The position numbers and the translations under genes are program-made. The notes beneath the pieces were generated by a model. That model did no database searches. It saw only the letters and a program-made list of their open reading frames with translations, and was not told the origin of the DNA. Below, one piece after another: positions 47,087-55,918 of a DNA stretch of 64,000 nucleotides (within the stretch, counting starts at the first letter, position 1; each line of letters begins with the position of its first letter). The stretch is from a virus. Location of the stretch: IMG/VR virus record IMGVR_UViG_3300028840_003717; one strand, 5' to 3'.

Positions 47087-47676
47087 CCGTGGTGAACCCG
47101 GACGTGGTCCGTGGCCTGTGGGACCACATGGTGGCCCACTATGACGCCAGGGTGATGGACAAGGCCGATTCGGAGGACATGGAGCTGGTGGCCAGGTTTC
47201 TGGACCAGCTTGGGGTGATGGACGGGGAGACGTTCCTCCGCCGATACACCACCACGATCGGCCGGACCATCTATGTCCCGTTCCAGATCGGGGTGGATCA
47301 GGGACGCCACTCCCTCCACGGCCAGGTCCGGCTGTGTGCCCACGAATTCCAACACGTGGTCCAACACATCCGGGAGCCGGGACGCTATGAGCTGGAATAC
47401 CTGACGGACACGGCGGCCAGGGCCAGGTTGGAGGCGGAGGCTTTCCGCTCCAACATGGAGCTGGAGTGGTTCCTCACTGGCCGGCTGTTGAGGCCCATGG
47501 ACCTGGCGGACAACCTGGTGGCCTATGCTTGCACGGACGCGGACGTGGCCGTGGCGGCCAAGGCCCTGTCCATGTCCTCCAGGGTGGTGTCCAAGGGAGG
47601 GGTCATCAACGAAGCCTCCAAGGTGGCGATCGCCTACTTGGAGGACCAGGGCCTCCTGTCCGCCGGGAGGGTGTGA
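47083..47676 (+). CDS. Zincin-like metallopeptidase (DUF4157-like)
   Basis: TTTIGRTIY..AHEFQHVVQ..EAEA. Confidence 0.65.
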   Translation: MTVVNPDVVRGLWDHMVAHYDARVMDKADSEDMELVARFLDQLGVMDGETFLRRYTTTIGRTIYVPFQIGVDQGRHSLHGQVRLCAHEFQHVVQHIREPGRYELEYLTDTAARARLEAEAFRSNMELEWFLTGRLLRPMDLADNLVAYACTDADVAVAAKALSMSSRVVSKGGVINEASKVAIAYLEDQGLLSAGRV

Positions 47677-48236
47677 TGGCGGAGGTGGTGGTGGTGGTCC
47701 TCAACGGGTGGGGGTCCAGCTCCAGGCGGCGGGAGACCAGGACGGCGACCATGGCCAGGGAGGTGACCAAGGGCCACGTGGCGGAGGGACGTTTCCTTGG
47801 CCTCCGGGCCATGCTGGGGTGGAGCCGGAGCCGGAGGGTCCGCCGGTTCATCCTCCGCCACCAGAACCCTCACCGGAGCCTCCTCCTGGTGGGGAAGTCC
47901 CTGGGGGCCAGGAACATGGTGTCCAGGGTCCTCAACAGGATGGCCACCCCCCTGGGCTATCGCCGGGTGGGCCTGGTCACCATCGATCCCTGTTGGCCCA
48001 CCAGGTGGGACCTCACCCCCAACCTCAACAGGGCCGTCCTGAAGCTGACGGCCACGGTGGACCAGGCCACCAACTTCATGGCGGTCCTCCCCCAGGACCA
48101 ACAGGCCGGGGCCATGGTTCACGGTCCCCGGGTGGTCAACGTCCCCCTGTCCGGTCCTGACCACTTCACGATCGTCCAGGCCCCGGAGGTCCGAGCGGAG
48201 CTGGAGCGGATGGCCCTGGAGCTGGTGACCCCATGA
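47676..48236 (+). CDS. Alpha/beta-hydrolase-fold protein
   Basis: VVLNG; nucleophile elbow LVGKSLG; VTIDP; C-terminal DHFTI. Confidence 0.65.
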   Translation: MAEVVVVVLNGWGSSSRRRETRTATMAREVTKGHVAEGRFLGLRAMLGWSRSRRVRRFILRHQNPHRSLLLVGKSLGARNMVSRVLNRMATPLGYRRVGLVTIDPCWPTRWDLTPNLNRAVLKLTATVDQATNFMAVLPQDQQAGAMVHGPRVVNVPLSGPDHFTIVQAPEVRAELERMALELVTP

Positions 48237-48469
48237 CGGACACGGCCAACATGACCACGGATGACAAGCTGGACCTGATCATCAAGGACCTCCGATCGAT
48301 CAAGCGGAGGCTTGTGGTCCTGGAGTCCAACCTGGACGTGATCCGGGAGGGGTTCCTGTCCCACCGGGACCGGCTGGCCTGTTTGGAACGGGAGGCCAAT
48401 GGCCGGGTGGCCACCCCCACCCCGGCCCCCGTTGCTCCCCTGGGGGAGGTGGCCGATGAGGCCGGGTGA
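48233..48469 (+). CDS. Small coiled-coil protein
   Basis: KLDLIIKDLRSIKRRLVVLE heptads. Confidence 0.6.
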   Translation: MTDTANMTTDDKLDLIIKDLRSIKRRLVVLESNLDVIREGFLSHRDRLACLEREANGRVATPTPAPVAPLGEVADEAG

Positions 48470-48713
48470 TGAGCTGGTCCTCCTGGCCATCATCGTGGCG
48501 GCCGGCCTGGCGGCCATGGTCCTGGCCCACCTCCAGGAGGTGGTCACCTGGGCCGTGGAGGTGGTGGCCGGCCTGGCCCTCATCGTCCTGGGGGTGGTCA
48601 CCGTGGCCCTCCTGGCCATGAGGGCCGGCATCCTGTGGGTCAGGGAGGCGGCTGTCCGCCTCCGTGTGTCCCGGAGGCCAGCTCCCCCGGCCCTGGACCC
48701 CCCACACCGTTGA
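48456..48713 (+). CDS. Small membrane protein (about 2 TM)
   Basis: Long hydrophobic stretch followed by a basic tail. Confidence 0.55.
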   Translation: MRPGDELVLLAIIVAAGLAAMVLAHLQEVVTWAVEVVAGLALIVLGVVTVALLAMRAGILWVREAAVRLRVSRRPAPPALDPPHR

Positions 48714-48807
48714 GGCCGTCCTGGGCCGTCCTTGGGCCCACCGTTGACGTGTCCCACTTTGGAACACATGAACCCACGTGGTAGGGTTATGTGAGACAGG
48801 AGGCCCC

Positions 48808-49038
48808 GTGGCGATCAAGGTAGAGGCTGACACCCTTCAAGGCTCCGTGACCAAGCTGGCGTCCATGGTCCGCCAGGGGGACACCCCCAAGGACGGGACC
48901 TGGAGGCTGGACTTTGGAGCCCCTGACGGACAACGGGGGACCGTGGACGTCCCGGACAACCTGGCCAGGGAGATGGTGGCCACGGCCTCCGGTGAGGAGG
49001 ACCTGGTCCGCCACGTGTCCACGTTCGCCGGCCTGTAG
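48808..49038 (+). CDS. Hypothetical protein (GTG start)
   Basis: SD AGGAGG before GTG 48808. Confidence 0.55.
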   Translation: MAIKVEADTLQGSVTKLASMVRQGDTPKDGTWRLDFGAPDGQRGTVDVPDNLAREMVATASGEEDLVRHVSTFAGL

Positions 49039-49063
49039 ACGGGCCACCAGGTAGAGGCTGACC

Positions 49064-49714
49064 ATGACCAAGAAGTCCATCCCCCACGGCAAAAAGAGCC
49101 GGGGGAAACACGGGAACAAGAAGCCAGGCAAGCCCCCGGCCGGGGGAGGCCCCAACCGTGTCCAAACCTCCAGGGCGGAGCGGCTGTTCCGGCTGAAGGT
49201 GGTGGAGGAGGCCATGGTGTCCGGCAAGCGAGCGGCGGCCGTCCAGGAGGCCCTGGCCAAGGCTGGACGTGTGGTCCCGGCCCGGACCGTGGGTGACTAC
49301 ATCCGGGCCGTCAGGCTGAAGTGGGAGGAGGAGGACAAGCTCCACAGCCGGTCAACGCGCCAACGCCAGCTCCGGGACCTCTACGCCACGGCGGAGGAGA
49401 TGAAGGCCAACAGGGCCTGGGCCTCATGGGTGAGCTGTCAAAAACTGATCGCGGACCTGGAGGGTAACTTCCCCAAGGACGACGGACCCACAGCCACGGA
49501 CGCCCCGGAGGACTTCGCCGGGTGGAGCCGGGAGGAGCTGGACGCCTACATAGCCTCCGGGGGGGAGGCGGAGCCCTCCTGGATCAAGGCGGCCCGTGAG
49601 GCCGGCCAGGCCCCGTCCCGTGGCAACGGCCATGATCGGGACTGGCCCGATGACGGAGACGGCGGCGGAGGGGACTCCGGCGGGATGCCCACCCCATCGG
49701 ACCTCCTCCACTGA
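49064..49714 (+). CDS. Putative terminase small subunit
   Basis: Immediately upstream of TerL; basic N-tail; HTH-like RTVGDYIRAVR; helical C-terminus. Confidence 0.6.
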   Translation: MTKKSIPHGKKSRGKHGNKKPGKPPAGGGPNRVQTSRAERLFRLKVVEEAMVSGKRAAAVQEALAKAGRVVPARTVGDYIRAVRLKWEEEDKLHSRSTRQRQLRDLYATAEEMKANRAWASWVSCQKLIADLEGNFPKDDGPTATDAPEDFAGWSREELDAYIASGGEAEPSWIKAAREAGQAPSRGNGHDRDWPDDGDGGGGDSGGMPTPSDLLH

Positions 49715-49722
49715 GGTCCAGG

Positions 49723-52644
49723 ATGGCCAAGCCCAAGACCACCAAGGCCAAGACGGCCAAGCCCAAGGCCCCACGGGTCCGGCCCAGGGCCGTGGATGAA
49801 CACGCGGAGGACTGGTATTCGGAGCGGCCGGAGTCCCCGGAGGCGGAGGCCATGAGGCGGCGGAGGGAGGTGGCCAAGGCCGTCAGGACCTCCCGTGTCC
49901 GCCAGGCCAGGGAGGACCCCAACGCCTTCGCGGAATATGCCTTTGAGGACTCCGTCACTGGAAACAAGCTCCGCCAGGCCAAGGTCCACCGTGACCTCCA
50001 GGAGGCCATCCGGGACAGGGACGTGGACCACCTCATGGTGGAGTTTCCGCGGAACCACGGCAAGTGTTGTGCGGCTGGAACGTTGATTCATCTTGAGGAT
50101 GGTAGCCTTGTCCCTGTCGAGGTTTTCGACAGTGGCCGGGTTCTCACAATGGACGACACGTTCAGGATCGTTAGTGGTGACGCCACGTGTCAGTCCAATG
50201 GGATCAAGGACTGCATTACCGTTTTGACGAAGACCGGTCGGGAGCTGGTGGTTTCACATGACCATCCGTTTCGGACTGGCAATGGATGGACAGCGGCGGA
50301 GGACCTGGACGCTGGTGTTCGTGTGGCTGTGATGAATGGATGCTCTGTCCCTGTCCAAGGAGACATGGACGAGCTGGACGCCTATGTCATTGGGGTCATG
50401 GTTGGAGACGGTGGGACGACGGATAGGGCTAGGGTGACGTGTTCTGATCAGGCTGTGTTGAACCAGGTGAGACAATGGTCCGATCGTCATGGATGGACGG
50501 TGTCTCATGTTGATGGTTACGACTATTCCATCACAGGTCACAAGGGAGCGAAGTCAGGAGGGCCAACCCACTATTTGAGAGACATGGGTCTTATGGGATG
50601 CAGATCTCATAACAAGACTATCCCGCATCAAGTATTAGTTGGTGGTGACCAAGCTAGGGCCGCGTTCCTTGCTGGATATTTCGACGCTGACGGGACGGTG
50701 AATAACAAGGATGGCGGTTCGGCTGAATTTTATTCCGTGAACAAGCCTTTGTTGGTGACTGTCCAGGACGTTCTGGCAAGGTTTGGGATTGTTTCAACCA
50801 TCTCTAGAAAGCGAGGGATGTATCGGAAGAAACACCACCTGTCATGGAGGCTGACTATCCGTGGCGATGGTTTGGACAGGTTCCGCAATATAGTAAGGCC
50901 AAGGGGGGACAAGGCTGACAGGATTGATTCTCTGGACTGTGGAGGAGGCGACGGCAATGGGGCCAAGCTGGATCTGTTTCCTGATGAGTTGTGGCGGCCC
51001 CATGTCAAAGCAACTGGTCTGTCCTTGCGTCAACAGGGTCTTCGGATTGACACAAAGAACAGGATCTCCAGACCAAAGCTCCGGAGGCTGGCGGAGCTGG
51101 ACGATAATGACAAGCTTCGTCAGGTGGCCAATGGTCAAGTCTTTTGGGATGAGGTTACGTCAGTTGAGCCTGTTGGCCCACGTGAGACCTATGATCTGAC
51201 CGTCTCCGGAACACACAACTTCGTTTCTCATGGATTCGTGACTCACAACACCACACAGGTTGAGATCTCCATCCTGTGGCTGTTGGGCCAGGACCCTAAC
51301 CTCCGGTTCAAGATCGTGTGTGAGTCGGACAACAAGGCCCAGGAACGTGTCCAACACTTGGCCCAACACATCATGGGGAACAGCCGGATCAGGGACGTGT
51401 TCCCCCACCTCCGTCCGGCCAGGCGGGGGGACTGGACCAAGAAGAAGATCGTGGTGGACCGGCCCCGGCTCATGAGGGACGTCTCCATTGAAGCCTGTGG
51501 GATTCAGACGGCGGCCACCGGCGGACGGGCTGACTACCTGGTGGCGGATGACCCGGTGGGGAGGCGGAACGCCCTGGAGATCCCCAAGCTCCGGGAGACC
51601 GTCAAGAGGGCCTGGCATTCAGATTGGTTGAACCTGTTGGAGCCCACCGGCCGGACCATCTACGTCTACACCCCGTGGCACACAGCGGACCTGTCCCACA
51701 AGCTCAAACGGAACCCGGTCTATCGTGTGTTCTCCCGTCCGATCGGACCCAAGATGGAGCCGGTGTGGGAGGCCAAGTGGCCCGTGGAGAAGCTGGAGGC
51801 CAAGCTGGCGGAGGTGGGTCAACGGGAGTTTGATCGTGGCTACCGGCTGATCGCCTTGTCCGGGGAGTATGCCACCGTCCAGGACTCATGGGTCCAATAC
51901 TGGACGGAGGAGCCCAACCTGGCGGACCTGATCGTGTTCACGGCCTATGACCTGTCCACCGGTGAGGGGGAGGACTTCTTCTCATCGGTGACGGTGGGCC
52001 TGGACGGCCGTGACCTGGGCCAGGCCCAGCCCAGGATCTACGTCCTGGACGCTTGGCATGGACACTTGACGTTCATGGCCCAGGTGGGAGCTGTCCTCCA
52101 GGAGGCCAAGCTGTGGCTCCCCCAGGCCGTGGCCCTGGAGGCCGTTCAGTATCAAGCGGTCCTCCCCCAGGTCCTCCAGGCGGCCCGTGATGACAAGCGG
52201 ACGGAGCTGACGGCGGACATTGTCCCGGTCCGTCCCCGGCTGTCCAAGGCCCTCCGGCTGTCCGCTATCACTCCCCTCCTGGAGCTGGGCCGTGTCTCTT
52301 TCAACCCGGCCCTGGACCCTGGACGGGGGCTCAAAGGGGACCTGGTGGAGGAGCTGACCATGTTCCCCCTGGCGGCCCATGATGACCTGGTGGACGCCTT
52401 TGTCTACGCCACGGCCCTGGCCGTGGACTACTCTATCCGGGCCGGTGGGAGGGGAGTTTCCGTGTCCAGCTACGGGGCGGACCGGTCCCGTGGTCAGGCT
52501 CCGGAGGCTCCAGTCCAGGCCCCGGATGGGGCCATTCTGACCTCCACCGGCCAGGCCAATGACGTCCCCGATGAGGCCGTGAGGGAGGCCGTGGAGGGGG
52601 GTTCAGTCCCTCCGATCTACTCCTGGGCCAACCTTGGGGATTGA
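49723..52644 (+). CDS. terL: Terminase large subunit with intein
   Basis: FPRNHGK|TT Walker A, GGRADYLVADDP Walker B, YTPWH, nuclease AYDLS..LEAVQYQ..FP.AAHDDLVDAF. Confidence 0.93.
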   Translation: MAKPKTTKAKTAKPKAPRVRPRAVDEHAEDWYSERPESPEAEAMRRRREVAKAVRTSRVRQAREDPNAFAEYAFEDSVTGNKLRQAKVHRDLQEAIRDRDVDHLMVEFPRNHGKCCAAGTLIHLEDGSLVPVEVFDSGRVLTMDDTFRIVSGDATCQSNGIKDCITVLTKTGRELVVSHDHPFRTGNGWTAAEDLDAGVRVAVMNGCSVPVQGDMDELDAYVIGVMVGDGGTTDRARVTCSDQAVLNQVRQWSDRHGWTVSHVDGYDYSITGHKGAKSGGPTHYLRDMGLMGCRSHNKTIPHQVLVGGDQARAAFLAGYFDADGTVNNKDGGSAEFYSVNKPLLVTVQDVLARFGIVSTISRKRGMYRKKHHLSWRLTIRGDGLDRFRNIVRPRGDKADRIDSLDCGGGDGNGAKLDLFPDELWRPHVKATGLSLRQQGLRIDTKNRISRPKLRRLAELDDNDKLRQVANGQVFWDEVTSVEPVGPRETYDLTVSGTHNFVSHGFVTHNTTQVEISILWLLGQDPNLRFKIVCESDNKAQERVQHLAQHIMGNSRIRDVFPHLRPARRGDWTKKKIVVDRPRLMRDVSIEACGIQTAATGGRADYLVADDPVGRRNALEIPKLRETVKRAWHSDWLNLLEPTGRTIYVYTPWHTADLSHKLKRNPVYRVFSRPIGPKMEPVWEAKWPVEKLEAKLAEVGQREFDRGYRLIALSGEYATVQDSWVQYWTEEPNLADLIVFTAYDLSTGEGEDFFSSVTVGLDGRDLGQAQPRIYVLDAWHGHLTFMAQVGAVLQEAKLWLPQAVALEAVQYQAVLPQVLQAARDDKRTELTADIVPVRPRLSKALRLSAITPLLELGRVSFNPALDPGRGLKGDLVEELTMFPLAAHDDLVDAFVYATALAVDYSIRAGGRGVSVSSYGADRSRGQAPEAPVQAPDGAILTSTGQANDVPDEAVREAVEGGSVPPIYSWANLGD
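50065..51249 (+). mobile_element. LAGLIDADG intein (395 aa) in the TerL Walker A motif
   Basis: Starts at Cys (CCAAGT), SHDHPF block B, motifs IGVMVGDG and FLAGYFDADG, ends TYDLTV..HNFV..THN followed by Thr; lower GC than flanks. Confidence 0.95.
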
Positions 52645-52667
52645 GGGTTCACGGCCACACCCCCAAA

Positions 52668-53038
52668 GTCCGTGCCAGAATTTCGGGGTGTCAGGCCCCC
52701 AAATTCGCGTGATTCTTCGATAAATCGCCACCAGCCCCCCCAGGACGGCTCCTAACAGCCGGAAGGCTCCACCCCCCTGGGGGGCTACCTGAAGACCCTT
52801 CCGGAGGTTCTAGGCCCCTTCTCGGCTTGCGGCGGCCCCACCTCTCAGGATCGCTGAAAAGGAATTTTATGGGCCACCATAGCCGGGACTTTTTCGGCCG
52901 TCAGAACCCCCCTGTGGGGCCTGGAATCGCCAAGTGGCCTCCGGATGGTGATCACCACCGGCCGGAAAAAGGTGAACCCTGTCCTGACATATGCCGACAT
53001 ATCCCACACAAAAAAACCGTGTCAAACGAGACACGTAG
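52668..53038 (-). repeat. Diverged inverted repeat, right copy (partner 9353-9729)
   Basis: See left copy; 32/40 identity for 9690-9729 vs reverse complement of 52668-52707. Confidence 0.9.
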
Positions 53039-53044
53039 GATTCA

Positions 53045-53680
53045 AGCGGTGGAGGTGGTCCAGGGTGGTCACCATGGAGCCACAGTCCCCACCTGTGACC
53101 ACCTGTGTGGATCGTGGTGACATCCTCCACACGTTCGGACACAGGCCCACACACCGGAGGTGAGTGTGGACAGGCTGGGGACAATGGACTCACCAGTGAC
53201 CACATGAGAGGTGGAAGTGGTCACCGTGGCCCCATTGGCCACACACAGGAGGCTGAACAACCACAGGTGGTTACAAGGTGCGGACGTGTGGGACACGTGG
53301 CGGCGGTTGTCCTACACGTGGTCACGTGTGGGACATTGGGGACAAGGTGTGGATGGTGGTGACCTGGACCGCCAAGGTAGGCCAGGGTGGCCGGAGGTGG
53401 GACGGTGGAGCCAGGGGTGGGACCGGGCCTCCACTGTGGGTCCGTGTCCGTCGCCGTGTGTCCCTGGCTCCACCGTCACACCTTGTAGGACGGTGGAGGT
53501 CCTGTGAGTCTGACACCCTCCCCATCACACAACGGACCAGGAGGTGGTCCTCTGTGCTCACCGTGGGGACAAGGTGGGGCCGGTGGCTCCGTTGTGAGGA
53601 CCTGTCACCAGGTGGCCTCCACGGTGGGCTCCGTGGCTACGCTGTGAGACGGGGTGGACCTGTGTGGTCAGGTGGAGGCC
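53045..53680. repeat. GTGG/CCAC-rich low-complexity non-coding tract
   Basis: Same composition as 9780-10335; ACGTGTGGGACA occurs twice here and once in region A. Confidence 0.65.
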
Positions 53681-53690
53681 AGGGTGGGGC

Positions 53691-54596
53691 CTAGTAGTCC
53701 CCCACCCCGTCCGGGTCCCATTGGGTGGGGATGGGCCGGCCGGACCCCAGGACCTTGGCCGGCTCCGTCACCAGGCCCAGCTCCGGGACGGCATACTCCA
53801 GGACCACCCTCCGCCACAGCTCCTCCCCGGGGTCACTCCGGCGGGAGGAGCTGGACTGACGGTGAGCATGGATGAAGCGGATCGGCATACCGGCGGCCCT
53901 CCCCTCCCGGACCATGAGGGCCACGGCGGCCCTGGCGGCGGACACCAGCTCATCCGTGGCCTCCGTGGCCGGCTTGCCGTCCCACGTGTCCCCACCGATG
54001 AGGCCGGGATACCGGCCGTCTATCTCCAGGCCCAGCTCCGTGGAGTTGAACCCGTTGCCGTGGTGGACATACCACCGGAGGGGGTTGGGCCAGGCCACGA
54101 AGCCGGACCGGAAGGCCATCACGTGACAGGCCACGTCCAGGGACCTCCGGGCCAAGGCCAGCTCACGGTCCCCACCGGCGGCCTGGACCTGATATTCCGC
54201 CACCCCGTAGGGGACGGCCGTTTGGTGGATTGTGATCCCGGTGACCATGGCCGGGTTCCGCTCCACCACAGCTCCGCCGGCTAGCTTGAACTTTCTGGAC
54301 TTGGCCGGTGGGTTGGACTGGTCCCCACGGAGGTCCACCACGGGGACGTCCAGCTCCGGGGTGTCCGGGGTGTCCGGGACCTCCACCGGGGGGTCAGGCT
54401 TGGCCAGGAGGGCCAGGACCCCCTTGGGGACCTCCGGGTCCCATGGGGAGCTGTGGTCCCCGGCATAGTGGCGGAGGGTGTCCCATGTCTCCGCCCCCAG
54501 GTGGCCGTCCACCCCGTAGCGGGGGAGGGAGTAGCCTCCGTCCAGGAGGGCCTGTTGGACCCTCCGGACCTCCTGTCCCTTGTCGTTGAATCTCAT
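53691..54596 (-). CDS. Endolysin: peptidoglycan-binding domain plus N-acetylmuramoyl-L-alanine amidase
   Basis: EVRRVQQALL..GVDGHLGAETW; GITIHQTA..VACH..HHGNGFNSTELGLEI..HAHRQ..SDPG. Confidence 0.88.
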   Translation of the reverse strand: MRFNDKGQEVRRVQQALLDGGYSLPRYGVDGHLGAETWDTLRHYAGDHSSPWDPEVPKGVLALLAKPDPPVEVPDTPDTPELDVPVVDLRGDQSNPPAKSRKFKLAGGAVVERNPAMVTGITIHQTAVPYGVAEYQVQAAGGDRELALARRSLDVACHVMAFRSGFVAWPNPLRWYVHHGNGFNSTELGLEIDGRYPGLIGGDTWDGKPATEATDELVSAARAAVALMVREGRAAGMPIRFIHAHRQSSSSRRSDPGEELWRRVVLEYAVPELGLVTEPAKVLGSGRPIPTQWDPDGVGDY

Positions 54597-54599
54597 CGT

Positions 54600-54689
54600 G
54601 TCTCCACCTCCTGGCGGGAGTCTATCACCGGCGGCCTGGACTGTTCGCCCCCCAGGGCCACGTGGTAGGCTGTGTCCGGAGGTGGAGAC
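54600..54689. promoter_or_regulatory. Divergent control region: mirror-image SD sequences and back-to-back extended -10 elements
   Basis: GTCTCCACCTCC (54600-11) and GGAGGTGGAGAC (54678-89) form a 12-bp inverted repeat; TGA-TAGACT on the minus strand and TGG-TAGGCT on the plus strand. Confidence 0.55.
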
Positions 54690-54691
54690 GG

Positions 54692-55072
54692 ATGGAGACC
54701 AAGCCGGTGTGGAAACGTAACAAGGTGTGGATGGTCCTGATCGGGGTGGCCGGTGTCCTTGGTGTGGCCCTGGGGGGAGCGGCCATTGGACTGGACGATG
54801 AGTCCAGGGCCAAGGCCATTGACGCGGTCCTGTGGCTGGTGGGCCTCCTCATCGGAGGCCACACCCTGACGGACGTGGGGAGCCAGGTGGCCAAGGCGGC
54901 CCATCACAGGGCGGAGGCGGAGATGGCCTCCGCGGACGCGGCCACGATCAGGGCGGAGGCGGAGATGGTCCGGGCCAGGAACGGCCACGGGGAGCCCACG
55001 GCGGAGCCGGCCCCCACGGAGCCCCCGGACATGGAGCCGGTGGACGATGAGGAGGCGGACGATGAGGGGTGA
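54692..55072 (+). CDS. Holin-like membrane protein (2 TM)
   Basis: KPVWKRNKVW..TM1..TM2, acidic tail; adjacent to endolysin. Confidence 0.6.
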   Translation: METKPVWKRNKVWMVLIGVAGVLGVALGGAAIGLDDESRAKAIDAVLWLVGLLIGGHTLTDVGSQVAKAAHHRAEAEMASADAATIRAEAEMVRARNGHGEPTAEPAPTEPPDMEPVDDEEADDEG

Positions 55073-55661
55073 GATGGAACGGATGAGGGTGGTGGTGACA
55101 AGCCAGGCCCTCCTCACCACGATCGTGGTGACCATAGCCGTGGCGTCCGCCGGCTGTCCGCGGACCGGCTCCCCGGTGGACACAAGCCAGGCCATCCTGG
55201 TGGAGGCCGGGGCGGCCCTGGCGGAGGCGGACGGGATCGTGGAGCCCCTGGTCACTACGGCCGGGGAGGAGACCAGGGCGGCCGTCCGTGAGGAGCTGGA
55301 GTGTCCTCCTCCGGGCCAGGAGTGTCCAGGGGCCATGGACCTCTACCTGGAGCGGATGAGTCCCTGGAACAGGCTGGTGGCGGCCCTGGCGGCCACGGCC
55401 GGGACCCTCCGGGCCTGGCAAGCGGCCAACGATTCATGGAGACAGTCCGGGGAGCGGCCCAGGGACTGGAACGTCCTGGTGTGTCGTCCTGTGGGTGAGG
55501 GGGTTGATACCATCCTCCGCCTCCTGGTGGACCTGGAGCTGGACGTCCCGGCGGCCCTCCGTGTGGTGGAGGGCCGGACGGAGGAGCTATGCAACCTGGG
55601 GGTGGCGGCGGCGGAGGCTATCGCCGGGGCCGTGTCCAGTGAGGAGGAGGCCAGCCCATGA
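55062..55661 (+). CDS. Putative lipoprotein in the lysis cassette (spanin-like role possible)
   Basis: Hydrophobic signal ending VASAGC. Confidence 0.55.
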   Translation: MRGEMERMRVVVTSQALLTTIVVTIAVASAGCPRTGSPVDTSQAILVEAGAALAEADGIVEPLVTTAGEETRAAVREELECPPPGQECPGAMDLYLERMSPWNRLVAALAATAGTLRAWQAANDSWRQSGERPRDWNVLVCRPVGEGVDTILRLLVDLELDVPAALRVVEGRTEELCNLGVAAAEAIAGAVSSEEEASP

Positions 55662-55855
55662 GCCAGGACACCATGAAACTGATCTTCGACGTTGGAGCGG
55701 CCGTGGCCCGGAGGCTGTGGGACGCTTTCCAGAACAAGGACCAGGTGGAGGTCCGCCGGCTGGCGGACGTGCTACCGGAGCCCCTGAAGTCTGAGGTGGC
55801 CCTCCGCTACCAGGAGGAGCTGGCCCGTCAGGAGTTTGATGGGTCCGGGAGCTGA
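55658..55855 (+). CDS. Small hypothetical protein
   Basis: SD GGAGGAGG; coupled start. Confidence 0.6.
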   Translation: MSQDTMKLIFDVGAAVARRLWDAFQNKDQVEVRRLADVLPEPLKSEVALRYQEELARQEFDGSGS

Positions 55856-55918
55856 CCGGCCCAATAGTAGACGCAACATCCCCCAGGTGATCGGATGAGG
55901 GGATGATGGAGGGTTCAC

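Noticed and set aside
16726-47367. Long minus-strand ORFs (for example 16726-18438, 23998-26019, 36812-38308, 45748-47367)
   Set aside because: They are antisense shadows of high-GC + strand genes, with no SD, no motifs and atypical composition.
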